Origin: Candidatus Bathyarchaeia archaeon
GTDB taxonomy: Archaea; Thermoproteota; Bathyarchaeia; Bathyarchaeales; Bathycorpusculaceae
Reading direction: 5' to 3'
NCBI GenBank assembly: GCA_049516875.1
Contig: JBEKSS010000005.1
Span: forward strand, 1-64,000
Length of the DNA stretch: 64,000 nucleotides
The position numbers and the translations under genes are program-made. How positions within the stretch are numbered: the first letter of the stretch is position 1; each line of letters begins with the position of its first letter. A model generated the notes under the pieces. It saw only the letters and a list, made by a program, of their open reading frames with translations, did not search any database and had not been told where the DNA came from. Shown in pieces: positions 21,285 through 31,256 of this stretch.

Positions 21285-21770
21285 GTGAAGCAGGTTGACA
21301 AAGACGCCATTCGCAGATGGCGAAAGAGAGGCTTCTACACCGAAAACGCCCTCGTAAAACTTCTGCAAAAAAACGGGTATCACGCCGTACGTGTTCCGGT
21401 AAGCAATCCAAGCCTCAGCCCTCTGCCAGACATAATAGCCAGAAAAGACTCTGAGATATACGCCTTCGAAGTCAAAAACGCAAAGTATTACGCCTACTTT
21501 CCGAAACAGCAAATCGAAAAACTCTTCAGATTCCTGAATGAACTCGTTCCCGTCGCGAACGAACACAAACACGCCGTGCTCGGGGCGCACCTAGGCAAAA
21601 GATGGATCTTCAAAGAAGTAGGCTGGAGAGACTACGAAAAAAACAGGCTTCCAGAAAAAGCGAGAATCCTCAAAAGAGACAGGGGAAACCTCGATCTGAC
21701 CAACCGGCACCAGATACGAGAATCACAAGGTGGCGTCACTAACCCCGGATCAGCTGAAGCAAAGCGATAG
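21285..21770 (+). CDS. Hjc-like Holliday junction resolvase (PD-(D/E)XK)
   Basis: GFYTENALVKLL...GY.AVRVP.S...PDIIA...AFEVK. Confidence 0.85.
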   Translation: MKQVDKDAIRRWRKRGFYTENALVKLLQKNGYHAVRVPVSNPSLSPLPDIIARKDSEIYAFEVKNAKYYAYFPKQQIEKLFRFLNELVPVANEHKHAVLGAHLGKRWIFKEVGWRDYEKNRLPEKARILKRDRGNLDLTNRHQIRESQGGVTNPGSAEAKR

Positions 21771-21935
21771 AAGCCCGTGGACTGCATTGACCTTCTAAGG
21801 ACTTAACGCCTCTGGCGTACCATGACTGATTGATATGACTTGTGAGCAGCTCGGCCCATCCCAGAACGTAACTATCGCAACCTTCATTTTGATGCTCTTA
21901 CTTCTTTGCTTTAGGTAGAGAAGAGTGAACTCCAA

Positions 21936-22625
21936 ATGAAGGATATCAAAACTGTCGTATCGGCATCGTCATTGAGCAAGATTTACGGGAAAAATGAGGT
22001 TAGAGTCGAAGTTTTGAAGGACGTAGGACTTGACGTTGAAAAGGGTGAATTCACTGTAATCGGTGGTCCTTCGGGCTCAGGAAAGACAACCCTCTTGAAC
22101 ATCGTCGGAGGCATCGACAAACCCACGAGCGGGAGGATTATTGTTTTCGGGGAAGACTTGGAAACCAAGGATGAGGATTTCCTGGCAAGTTTCAGATGCA
22201 ATAACATCGGCTTTGTTTTCCAATCCTACAATCTCGTTTCCACGCTAACAGTCGCGGAAAACGTTGCCTTTCCGATGGAATGGGCTAGGAAAGCAGAAAA
22301 CCACGTGAGAAAACGGGTGGAAGAACTGTTGGGCCTCGTAGGCCTACAGCACAGAGCAGAACACTTCCCATTTCAACTGAGCGGCGGCGAACAACAACGC
22401 GTGGCATTTGCCCGGGCATTAGCAAACGATCCGCCGTTGCTTCTTGTCGATGAACCCACTGGAAACCTGGACGTCAAAACGAGCAAGAGAATCATTCAGA
22501 TACTGGCAGCATTGAAGAATGAGGGAAAGACCATCATTGTTGCAACTCATGACGAGCAGATATCTGAGTTAGCCCACCAAGAATTGTATTTGGAAGACGG
22601 CAGGCTGACAAGTGAAAATGAGTGA
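21936..22625 (+). CDS. ABC transporter ATP-binding protein (LolD/MacB type)
   Basis: [36 protein letters not shown]. Confidence 0.95.
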   Translation: MKDIKTVVSASSLSKIYGKNEVRVEVLKDVGLDVEKGEFTVIGGPSGSGKTTLLNIVGGIDKPTSGRIIVFGEDLETKDEDFLASFRCNNIGFVFQSYNLVSTLTVAENVAFPMEWARKAENHVRKRVEELLGLVGLQHRAEHFPFQLSGGEQQRVAFARALANDPPLLLVDEPTGNLDVKTSKRIIQILAALKNEGKTIIVATHDEQISELAHQELYLEDGRLTSENE

Positions 22626-24489
22626 AACTTCATTCTCAATAAACGATCTGCTACGCAGAAAGTTACAAACAACTCTAGTCATCGTCAGCTTGATGCTGTG
22701 TGTTGCCTCAACGCTCTTTCTGCTTCTCTTTGCCCAAGAAATAGGATTTGGCATCTCGATGATTACCGAGGGTAAACTGACTGCCGGCTTCTCCGTGATA
22801 TTTTCTCCTTTCATGACACTGCTTACGATTCTGATTTTCCTCGCGGGAACAGTCATGATTTCGTTCACGGCCTTTATCATGACATCCCAGAGAATCAGGG
22901 ACATTGGACTTATGAAGGCGGTAGGATGCCCAACTGACCTGCTTTTCGGCTATTTCTTCACCGAACTCATAATCGTGACGGTCGTGGGCTGCTTGTTAGG
23001 CACTGTTCTAGGTGTCGTAATGAACATGGCCTCAACAAGTCTCCTGAACGGTCTTGGTTTCCAACTCTCACAACAACCGACCAATCTGTGGATGCCTGTC
23101 GCGATATTCAGCGTTTTCTTTGCACTTTCGCTTGTTCTTGGGGCCGCGCCGATTCTTTCGGCGACCAAGACTGAGACTGCAAAAATTTTTTCACCTGCCT
23201 ATTACCTCGGGCTGAGCAAAGAGCCAGGCTTTAAGGTTGTCTCAAAATCAGGCGTCACTCTGAAGATAGCAACAAGAACATTGGTTCGTCACAAATCAGC
23301 CACCATCAGAATCGTCCTTTGTCTAAGTACCGTTTTCTTTCTGGTCACTGTAGCTGTTGCAGGAGGACTTATCGCTGAAGGCACTACCAGAAGCTGGGTT
23401 GAAAGTGCCGTTGGCAGAAATACTGTGCTAATAGCGCATCAAGACATGGTTAACCAGTACAAACTGCTACTGTCAGAGTTTTATGAAGGAGGAAACGATA
23501 CTCAGTTCAACTACACAGATGACAGATACCTTATACCTGCCGACCTCCTCAACCAACTGCGCCTATTAAACGAAAACATGAGCATAGACGAACGCCTGGT
23601 TTTAGAGGCGCCAGTTAGAGAGATTCAAGGCATCATCCTAGGAAGCAGCACGGCGGAAACACAGTACGTCGGGGATAGCCGACAAGGAAACTCTCTCGTG
23701 GTAGGCGTCGACCCGGACAGCGTGCTGAACAACTGGTCTTTGAACGGCATATTCTTGGAGAAAAATCAAAGCGCAGAAGCCGTTATCGGTGATTCACTCG
23801 CACAGAAACTCTTCTCCTTGCCATTGTATCAGAAGATAAGAATCTCCGACGAGGATTTCAGCGTAGTTGGTGTTTGCCTCGACCCGCTTAACAATGGAAA
23901 CGTCACATATGTCCCTCTTAGTACGTTGCAGAGCATAACAGGCATATCAAGACCTAACGCGCTTATGATAAGGCTTGACCCTTCAGCAAATAGGGTGGAC
24001 GCCTTGAATGGGATAAGCGCGGCTGTCAAAGAAGCAAATGCAACGGATTTCCAAGTTTTCGAGCTTGATGCGGTGCTGAACAAAAACCTAGGTTTTCTGG
24101 ATTTCATCTGGTCTACGATAATGTCTCTGCCTCTACTTTCTTTGATTACTGCATCCTTGAGTCTACTAGGGTACGTGATGCTTACTATCAATGAACAACG
24201 GCAAGAGTTCGGCGTTCTGAGAGCCCTAGGAGCCAAGCCTGGAACCGTTTTGAGCATTGTCTCTGCACAGAGCTTGATAGTTTTGCTGGCCAGTTATGCA
24301 GTTGGAATAGCCTTTGGCACAATAACTACGTTGCTAATCTTGGTGCAAAATCCACTTATAACGCCCTACACGGTCATTCAAATAGCCGGTTGGCTTCTTC
24401 TAGCCTTAATCATCACATTTGCTTCGAGCATCTACCCTGCCATAAGGTTTGCAAAGAAGCCTGTGCTGGAGACTATGATCCAATCTTGA
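22612..24489 (+). CDS. FtsX-like ABC permease (two FtsX domains)
   Basis: RIRDIGLMKAVG and RQEFGVLRALGA motifs; multiple TM helices. Confidence 0.9.
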   Translation: MKMSETSFSINDLLRRKLQTTLVIVSLMLCVASTLFLLLFAQEIGFGISMITEGKLTAGFSVIFSPFMTLLTILIFLAGTVMISFTAFIMTSQRIRDIGLMKAVGCPTDLLFGYFFTELIIVTVVGCLLGTVLGVVMNMASTSLLNGLGFQLSQQPTNLWMPVAIFSVFFALSLVLGAAPILSATKTETAKIFSPAYYLGLSKEPGFKVVSKSGVTLKIATRTLVRHKSATIRIVLCLSTVFFLVTVAVAGGLIAEGTTRSWVESAVGRNTVLIAHQDMVNQYKLLLSEFYEGGNDTQFNYTDDRYLIPADLLNQLRLLNENMSIDERLVLEAPVREIQGIILGSSTAETQYVGDSRQGNSLVVGVDPDSVLNNWSLNGIFLEKNQSAEAVIGDSLAQKLFSLPLYQKIRISDEDFSVVGVCLDPLNNGNVTYVPLSTLQSITGISRPNALMIRLDPSANRVDALNGISAAVKEANATDFQVFELDAVLNKNLGFLDFIWSTIMSLPLLSLITASLSLLGYVMLTINEQRQEFGVLRALGAKPGTVLSIVSAQSLIVLLASYAVGIAFGTITTLLILVQNPLITPYTVIQIAGWLLLALIITFASSIYPAIRFAKKPVLETMIQS

Positions 24490-25180
24490 AGCGTGAGTGC
24501 GTTTTGCTGAAGTGTTTCAGCGAGTCCATGCACATTGGAAGCTGAGTCAAAAAGTCTTGCAATTGAAGGATCGGAACGATTGGTGTTCCATTGTGAAACT
24601 TGAACCTTACGGGCGTCAATGAGAGAATCATAGGAAAGAATTTTGCTTCGCTCCACGAAGCACAGTCAACTCTGACTGCAGGATTCGGCAAAGACTCAGA
24701 AAGCGCAAACGTCCGTCTCACCTGCTCTTCGGCAACTCTTTTCAGCGTCGAAGGGTACAAGCCGTGGCGCCAGTGTTTGCAATCCGCACAGACAACTAGC
24801 GGTTTTCTGCAGCCGACGATGTCTATTTCCCACCTGCGCCCGCCCTGCTTGAAACGCAAGTTTGTCCTAACTCTGTAATCATGTGACTCGAAGGCAACGG
24901 CGGCTATACTCTCGAACTCTTTCCACTCCAGAAAACCGGCCACTCGCTCATAATCAGCGCCCAGCTGCAATGCACGCACGGCCAGTTTGAGACGTTGCAG
25001 AGCATTAGTTTCGATGAATTCGTCATGCACATAAACCAGTTCATCATTTTGCAATCTTTGCAGCAATCCAACAACAACTGCGGACGGAAGTCTCAGGTCT
25101 TTCTTGACTAGTTCATGTAAAATAGGCTTGCCTTTCGAAAGTTTTAGAAGCGAAATTATCACTTCGCTCAAAACCTGCAT
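24473..25180 (-). CDS. Restriction-endonuclease-like (Mrr/NERD-type) protein with N-terminal wHTH
   Basis: WKEFE, EIDIVG...ADCKHW PD-(D/E)XK pattern. Confidence 0.8.
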   Translation of the reverse strand: MQVLSEVIISLLKLSKGKPILHELVKKDLRLPSAVVVGLLQRLQNDELVYVHDEFIETNALQRLKLAVRALQLGADYERVAGFLEWKEFESIAAVAFESHDYRVRTNLRFKQGGRRWEIDIVGCRKPLVVCADCKHWRHGLYPSTLKRVAEEQVRRTFALSESLPNPAVRVDCASWSEAKFFPMILSLTPVRFKFHNGTPIVPILQLQDFLTQLPMCMDSLKHFSKTHSRFKIGS

Positions 25181-25510
25181 TACTCAACCTCCTAGTCTTT
25201 ACACAAAAATGTCAAGAAAAACCCCTTAAGCTACTATTTATATTAATTGCGTTGCATAATGACCGGGCACCAACTTTTGCAGAGCCTGACAAGTCGGGTT
25301 CTTCTTCATTCTTTGCAGTGAACATCATTAAACCGGGCAGACTTTTAATATTTCCTAATCGAAGCTGTGGTTACGGAACGAAGGTCGCCTGATGAAGATA
25401 GAGGCGTTGTGCTTCATGTGCCTGTGATGCATGCCTCTGGAGCTGCTTGAGTCAGGCGATGGAAATCATAATAAGGCCGCGTACAAAATTGAAACCGTGG
25501 CGAGCTAAGA

Positions 25511-26809
25511 ATGCCCGATTATGTTTCAAGAACGCCCAATTCCCGAATCCTCTATGAGAGGGCAAAAAAGGTTCTTCCAGGAGGGGTTTCTTACGGCATA
25601 CGCTACTTTGAGCCGTACCCATTCTACACTGCCCGAGCCCAAGGAAGTAAACTTTATGATGTCGACGGCAATGAATACGTGGACTTTTGGTTAGGGCACA
25701 CTGCTCTCATCCTAGGCCATGGACACCCGGTTGTAATGAATGCTGTAAAGGAGCAGCTTCAAAGAGGCACACACTATGGAACCTGCCACGAGCTTGAGAT
25801 CAAGCTGGCTGAGCAGGTTGCGAAGATGGTTCCAAACGCGGAAATGACTCGCTTCACAAACTCTGGGACGGAGGCGAATATGTATGCAACACGTTTGGCA
25901 CGAGCATACACTGGAAAGGACAAGATTGCAAAGTTCGAAGGTGGATGGCACGGAGGCTACGACGCACTTCAAGTGAGCATAAAATACCCCTTTGATGTTC
26001 CAGAATCAGCTGGTCTGACAGCTGGAGCAACCCAGGACACCATCGTTCTACCTTATAACAATCTGGAAGGGGTAAGGGAAAAACTTAGAGGCAAAGAGAT
26101 CGCTTGTATCATAATCGAGCCCGTTCTAGGCGCTGGTGGAGGCGTTCCCGCCGAAAAGGAGTTCTTGCAAGGGCTTCGAGAGTACTGTGATGAGCGAAAC
26201 ACACTACTGATTTTTGATGAGGTGATTACCGGTTTTAGGCTGGCTCCTGGAGGAGCTCAGCAGTATTATGAGGTAGAAGCTGACGTGACAGTGCTAGGGA
26301 AAATTCTGGGAGGGGGCTTCCCAATAGGTGCATTTTGCGGAAGAAAAGAAATCATGGAGCGATTAAACACCCTCGTTTATCAACGTCCGAGTTATTCTTT
26401 CCACGGCGGAACTTTTGCCGCCAACCCGATAACGATGACGGCTGGCCTTGCGACATTGAAACTGTTAGAGGACGGCAAATTGCTAAACAAATTGAATAGG
26501 GCTGGAGCCAGAGTCAGGAACGAACTGTCGAGCATTTTTGGAGCATACAAGATTGACGTGCAACTAATCGGAGCAGGTTCCATTTTTAACACACATTTCA
26601 CAAAGGAAGGAGTAAGAGATGCAATTGCCGCCTACAAGGCAGACAGAAAGAGACTCATCAGCTACGATCTGGCGCTAATGGCCAATGGGCTCTTTTTCCT
26701 CCCAACGCACAACGGTGTTCTAAGCACCGAACACTCTAAAGTCGACATGGAAAAACTATTTGCAGAAACAGAAGAATACGCGAAACAAGAGCGCGCTGAC
26801 GGGCATTGA
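25511..26809 (+). CDS. hemL: Glutamate-1-semialdehyde 2,1-aminomutase-like class III aminotransferase
   Basis: DVDGNEYVD, NSGTEA, FEGGWHG, IFDEVITGFR, LGKILGGGFPIGA, HGGTF. Confidence 0.8.
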   Translation: MPDYVSRTPNSRILYERAKKVLPGGVSYGIRYFEPYPFYTARAQGSKLYDVDGNEYVDFWLGHTALILGHGHPVVMNAVKEQLQRGTHYGTCHELEIKLAEQVAKMVPNAEMTRFTNSGTEANMYATRLARAYTGKDKIAKFEGGWHGGYDALQVSIKYPFDVPESAGLTAGATQDTIVLPYNNLEGVREKLRGKEIACIIIEPVLGAGGGVPAEKEFLQGLREYCDERNTLLIFDEVITGFRLAPGGAQQYYEVEADVTVLGKILGGGFPIGAFCGRKEIMERLNTLVYQRPSYSFHGGTFAANPITMTAGLATLKLLEDGKLLNKLNRAGARVRNELSSIFGAYKIDVQLIGAGSIFNTHFTKEGVRDAIAAYKADRKRLISYDLALMANGLFFLPTHNGVLSTEHSKVDMEKLFAETEEYAKQERADGH

Positions 26810-26810
26810 A

Positions 26811-27455
26811 TTATCTGGAAAGTGCAGATGTGCGTGGACTTGAACGTCTCAACGTCTGCTCCGCCCTCTTCAGGTCTAGAGGGGTGTTAATGTTGAAGAA
26901 CGTTTTGAGCTCCGGGTCCAGTTGCTCCAAGACGAGGGTGGATACATAACGTATGTAGTGCAAATTGTCCAGCATGGCCTGCATGTTAAGCTTTCCAGCG
27001 CACAAAGCGACGTTTGAAGCTTCTAGGGCGGCTTCTGTGCAGTAAACTGCCTGCAGTGGCTCCACATAACCGTTGGGCCATCGAGGGACGCATGCATTTC
27101 TGCCTGTGCACAGTTCAAGGAGTAGGGAAAGAATGTCCCTTGAGGCGAAAGGGGTGTCACATGGAAGAAGAAGCGAATATTCTCCGTGTGCTTCTTCGAA
27201 ACCAGTCGATGCTCCACCAAGCGGACTATGTACGTTGACCTTGTCAGCTACAACGTTTGCGCATGCATCAGTCGCCTTCAAGTACTCGTCCATGTGTTCC
27301 TTGCAGCTGACTACCACTATCTTCTCATCTACGACATTGTCGACTGCGTTCAGAACATGTTTTACGAGCGGCTTTCCAGCCAATTGGAGCAGCCCCTTAT
27401 CCTGGCCAAACCTGCCAGAAAGGCCGCCTGCAAGGATTATCGCCGACCTGCTCAA
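26811..27455 (-). CDS. mobA: Molybdenum cofactor guanylyltransferase
   Basis: ILAGGLSGRFGQDK, LPCDTPF, EPLQAVY, FFNINTP.DL. Confidence 0.92.
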   Translation of the reverse strand: MSRSAIILAGGLSGRFGQDKGLLQLAGKPLVKHVLNAVDNVVDEKIVVVSCKEHMDEYLKATDACANVVADKVNVHSPLGGASTGFEEAHGEYSLLLPCDTPFASRDILSLLLELCTGRNACVPRWPNGYVEPLQAVYCTEAALEASNVALCAGKLNMQAMLDNLHYIRYVSTLVLEQLDPELKTFFNINTPLDLKRAEQTLRRSSPRTSALSR

Positions 27456-27599
27456 TAATGCGCTGTCTCCGTGACCACGTGAAGTCCTAACATTGTTTCT
27501 TCTGTTGTATAAGTTTTATGCGTGAAATATTACAAAGTCGGAATACAGTATATAGCCAAAGACTGAGACTAGCTATGAGCAAAGGGAGAAACGAAGCAA

Positions 27600-27719
27600 A
27601 TGAGTTCAGAGGTCAGGGAACTAAGCCGGATAATATGCAATCGGTGTGACCAGAAGGAATATGAGAAATGCAGAGCTTGTAGGATCTATCTGCTCATAAA
27701 TAGGATAGCCGCGAGATAG
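27600..27719 (+). CDS. 39-aa putative zinc-binding microprotein
   Basis: MSSEVRELSRIICNRCDQKEYEKCRACRIYLLINRIAAR: two CxxC pairs, fills the gap before the convergent MinD stop; below the ORF-track cutoff. Confidence 0.55.
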   Translation: MSSEVRELSRIICNRCDQKEYEKCRACRIYLLINRIAAR

Positions 27720-27727
27720 AAGCATTC

Positions 27728-28501
27728 CTAGCCCATTTTGTCTATCTTCGTCGCCATTTCGTCCAAGATTCTTGTGAAAGGATGATCCGGCTTCTCTTGG
27801 GCAAAGATGATTCCTCCTCTTGCCTTCAGAATGTCGCAGAAGCAAGGCACTATTCCTAACAGTGGAACCTGGTATACATCGTTTACTTTGGATTGTATCT
27901 CTTCTTTTCCCGCTTTCGAAGAAGCGTCAAGCACCTTGTTCAAGACAATCTCGGTCTTCTTTTCAAACAAGTCGTAAAGTTCGCGTAGCATACGTCTAGT
28001 CCCGTCTACGTCTGACCGGTCGAAGGTCGTTGCTACAAGCACTAGGTCAGCGCTCACGATTGCGTTTATGGAAGAGTATTGCAGTCCTGGGCTCGTATCC
28101 AGGACCAAGTAGTCAAAACCCTTGTCGTTCAGCAACGAAGTTCTGAGGGCTAAGAGTCTTCCCAAGGCCCGCATTTCCCATTTTCTGTCCTTAGCCGACA
28201 TGTCTCTTATTGCTTCCGTTGCGGGATTGGCAAGTCCGACAAAGAGTTTGCCACTGTTGCGCACTTTGTCGTCTAGGTCCAATAACGCTTTGTCAATTTC
28301 GCATGCTCCATTCAAATAATCGTTGAGCCAACACTCTGCCTTTTCAATCTTTAGAAGCGTGGCGAGGCTTGGAGCTCGAAAGTCAAGGTCGAACAGACAA
28401 ACCTTTTTGCCGTGTTCAGCCAAGGCCACAGCCAGATTGATGGAAATGAGAGTTTTTCCCGTTCCGCCTTTGTAAGAGTGCACAGCCACTATCTTGCCCA
28501 T
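27728..28501 (-). CDS. MinD/ParA family ATPase
   Basis: Deviant Walker A SYKGGTGKT, DLDFRAPSL, LVLDTSPG, VLNK. Confidence 0.92.
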   Translation of the reverse strand: MGKIVAVHSYKGGTGKTLISINLAVALAEHGKKVCLFDLDFRAPSLATLLKIEKAECWLNDYLNGACEIDKALLDLDDKVRNSGKLFVGLANPATEAIRDMSAKDRKWEMRALGRLLALRTSLLNDKGFDYLVLDTSPGLQYSSINAIVSADLVLVATTFDRSDVDGTRRMLRELYDLFEKKTEIVLNKVLDASSKAGKEEIQSKVNDVYQVPLLGIVPCFCDILKARGGIIFAQEKPDHPFTRILDEMATKIDKMG

Positions 28502-28507
28502 TTTTCA

Positions 28508-28885
28508 TCACCCTTTATTCTCCCGGTCCACGAAAAAGTAGGCTTTCCTGCCGTTCCTCTCCTTCTTCAAGTAGCCCATAATAACAAGTTGGTTCAAATA
28601 CGCGCTTTCCACGGCCCTGGCTCTCTTTGTCTGTTGAGAAATCTCATCAGCCGTAGCGCGGCCCATTCTACAAAGCGTCATAGCAGTCTTTCTCAAATGA
28701 TCAGGAAAAGATAGCAGTGTCATCACATCCAACGGAGCATCAGAAAGAGGCTGCTGCACATCTTTCCTCCCATGCTTCTGCAATTCAATCATAACTTCCA
28801 TCTTGTCGTTCAGTCTCTCCAAGTTCTCCCGAATCTTCTCCAGAACCTGCAAAGGCTTCTTCCCCACAACTTCTTGATTGGACAC
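28508..28885 (-). CDS. Coiled-coil + wHTH DNA-binding protein
   Basis: ATADEISQQTKRARAVESAYLNQLVIMGYL..ERNGRKAYF; co-oriented with MinD. Confidence 0.8.
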   Translation of the reverse strand: MSNQEVVGKKPLQVLEKIRENLERLNDKMEVMIELQKHGRKDVQQPLSDAPLDVMTLLSFPDHLRKTAMTLCRMGRATADEISQQTKRARAVESAYLNQLVIMGYLKKERNGRKAYFFVDRENKG

Positions 28886-29227
28886 CGCGTTTTCCTCATC
28901 TTGTCTTACATGTCAACAGTAGGGTAGATGAGAAGGCGTTTATTAAATCTTACGACACCTGCATAATGATTCACAAAATAAATAGTCAAAACAAATGCAG
29001 ACTTTCTGAAAAGACGTGACAACCGTTGCTGATGTTGCGAATTCCGAGGATATGGGGCACCTCGTTGTAGGACTAAGAGAATAGATGACTCTGCGAAAGC
29101 GATTTCGGCCTATATGGATGTTGCTTGCTTGCCACCGGAGTGTATGACAACAAACCCTACGAAGGTCGATTTTTTTCATGCAGAAATGTATAAGAGGAAG
29201 CGTAGCCGTGCAAAAATGGAGGGTTGA

Positions 29228-29524
29228 CTAGTATGGTACTGGGACTCGGTTTCTTAGCTCTTCGACTATTGGCAGGACTTGTTTTAGTTCTCTGAAGTAT
29301 TTGAGTACTGTTATGCCTCTCTGGGTTACGGCGTAGACGACTCGTCTCTTACCTACAGTTCTCTCTTCGACCAGGTTCTGTTTTATGAGAAAGCCTAAGT
29401 ATTCCTTCAAGACGCTACAATTAACGTTAGCCTTATACATGATGTGTGTAAGCTTCAATGGCCCACGGTGCGCTAACACTTTGAGTATGTCGATATACAT
29501 CTCAAGTTTGGAACGTCTCATCAT
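29228..29524 (-). CDS. Winged-helix transcriptional regulator (ArnR1-like/HTH_45)
   Basis: RRSKLEMYIDIL...KLTHIMYKANVN...EYL.FL...YAVTQRG. Confidence 0.88.
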   Translation of the reverse strand: MMRRSKLEMYIDILKVLAHRGPLKLTHIMYKANVNCSVLKEYLGFLIKQNLVEERTVGKRRVVYAVTQRGITVLKYFRELKQVLPIVEELRNRVPVPY

Positions 29525-29609
29525 CCAAACCTCTTTTTGCCATATTACCGCCTTTTTTATATAAAGCTTTTACGGATTCAAACTACGTCTTTTTCCTAAT
29601 TACTCTACA

Positions 29610-29792
29610 TTAGTAGCTCCTTTTTTCCTGTGCTCGAATTAACACGTTTATTCTATTTTGGAAAGCCGTGACCAAGTCGTCTACCAATATTCTTTGCAAT
29701 TCTGCGGAAAGTCCCTTAATGTCTTGCTTGAAAACCTTGGACATCTTAGTGTTTAAGTCCCTTCGTTGCTTAAGTGTCAATGATTGCCTCAA
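29610..29792 (-). CDS. Small helical hypothetical protein
   Basis: 60 aa with GGAGG RBS and TATA (TTAAATAG) upstream. Confidence 0.65.
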   Translation of the reverse strand: MRQSLTLKQRRDLNTKMSKVFKQDIKGLSAELQRILVDDLVTAFQNRINVLIRAQEKRSY

Positions 29793-29836
29793 GGACTATC
29801 CTCCAAAGGTTATGGCGATAAATAGAGTGTACCTAT

Positions 29837-29852
29837 TTAACTCTCTTATGAA
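29837..29852 (+). repeat. Putative attL
   Basis: TTAACTCTCTTATGAA, 14/16 identical to 50512-50527. Confidence 0.6.
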
Positions 29853-29918
29853 TTCTAAGGAAATATTTAAAAACTAGATTCTGAATCTGTATTCAGGATT
29901 CATGTTGACCGTGAGGGG

Positions 29919-31184
29919 ATGGAGATAACAGATCAAAGGTTGGAAGACTGGCTTTCCCAAGTGTGTGAGAGCCCCAAGACAAGAGGAATGTACCTCTTCG
30001 TTTGGGGAAACTTCGAAAAGTTCTGCAGGAGAAGAGGAAAGGACCCTCTGACGCTTGTTGACGACTTCAGGGCTGTCAAGTACCAGGGTGAGCTGCAGAA
30101 GGAAAGGTTCCTTGAAGAGTGGCAGGATGTTCTCCGGGCCTTCAACACCTGGCTGAAGCCAAAGTTTGCTCCCTTAACCGTGAAAAACCACCTCACCGGC
30201 GTGAGGAGCTTCCTGAACTACTGGAAAATTCCTCTTGGCGTGGACCTTCCTAAGCATGCCTGTGTCATCTGGCACAACAGGGACATCAAAAAGGAAGAGG
30301 TAAAACAGATCCTGACTTTCGCAACCGCAAGAGACAGGGTGATCTGGCTGGTCATGGCCGAATCGGGAATGAGGTCTGATAATGCAGTGAACCTGAGATA
30401 CTCGCAGATCAAAGAAGACTTTGAAGCCAAAAGAGTTCCGATGAAGATTCTATTGCCGAGTAACACCTTGAAAGACCATGTTGGAGACCGCTTCACCTTC
30501 ATAGGCGAAGACGGCTTCAGAGAGCTGAGCGGCTATCTTCAGAGAAGGCTGCCACTCCAGGACAACAATTTCGTCTTCGTCACTGAGAAGCAGGGAAGAG
30601 TGAAGGGCGAACAATTCACTCCTGGAAGCCTTTCCATGAAGTTCAACAATATCGTGCAGAAACTCGGGATCGACAAGTCTGTCACAGGTAAATTAAACAA
30701 AGACAAAGGAGAACGTCCCAAGCCTAAACAGATAAGGCTGCATGGGCTGCGAAAGTATTTCAGGAACAACATGAAGGCTGATTCTGCTTTCATAAACTTC
30801 TGGATGGGCCACAGCCTAGGCGTTGACCAACACTACATCAGCCGGGATCCCGAAGGCCATCGGAAAGAGTATGCGAACGGATACCAGCACCTCAGGATTT
30901 TCGAGGCCTCAGAAGAAGTCTCAAAGCATTATGTGACGCTGGGCCAATTCGAGTCCATGCTGAAAATGAAGGATGCAGAAGTCGCCGCCTTAAGAGCCGA
31001 ACTCGAGCGGTACATGAAGGGAGCTGAAGGCTTCGAGAAGAGGCTTCAAGAGGTCAAAACAGAAATGCGCCGAGAGTTTGAGATGATGGTAGGCCCCAAA
31101 ACGTTGAACGAGTTGAAAGAACTGTTGGAAAGCAGAAAGAGACTGCTGAAAAAGCTGCCACCGAAATACGTCGCCAAAGAGTAA
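29919..31184 (+). CDS. Tyrosine recombinase/integrase
   Basis: SGMRSD (Arg), LHGLRKYF (HxxR), FWMGH and catalytic Tyr (VDQHY); C-terminal coiled coil. Confidence 0.95.
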   Translation: MEITDQRLEDWLSQVCESPKTRGMYLFVWGNFEKFCRRRGKDPLTLVDDFRAVKYQGELQKERFLEEWQDVLRAFNTWLKPKFAPLTVKNHLTGVRSFLNYWKIPLGVDLPKHACVIWHNRDIKKEEVKQILTFATARDRVIWLVMAESGMRSDNAVNLRYSQIKEDFEAKRVPMKILLPSNTLKDHVGDRFTFIGEDGFRELSGYLQRRLPLQDNNFVFVTEKQGRVKGEQFTPGSLSMKFNNIVQKLGIDKSVTGKLNKDKGERPKPKQIRLHGLRKYFRNNMKADSAFINFWMGHSLGVDQHYISRDPEGHRKEYANGYQHLRIFEASEEVSKHYVTLGQFESMLKMKDAEVAALRAELERYMKGAEGFEKRLQEVKTEMRREFEMMVGPKTLNELKELLESRKRLLKKLPPKYVAKE

Positions 31185-31195
31185 ACCTCAAAAAT

Positions 31196-31210
31196 CCCCT
31201 TTTTTCTGTT
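31196..31210 (+). terminator. Oligo-T terminator of integrase
   Basis: CCCCTTTTTTCTGTT 11 nt after the stop; same pyrimidine motif as the cassette repeats but without GGGGTG. Confidence 0.55.
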
Positions 31211-31256
31211 TGAACGGACCTTGGCTCTTGGGTTCTGAACTGTGCGTGTTGGTGTA

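Noticed and set aside
25390-25466. Hammerhead ribozyme (CTGATGA ... GAAA)
   Set aside because: Stems I-III cannot be formed around the core
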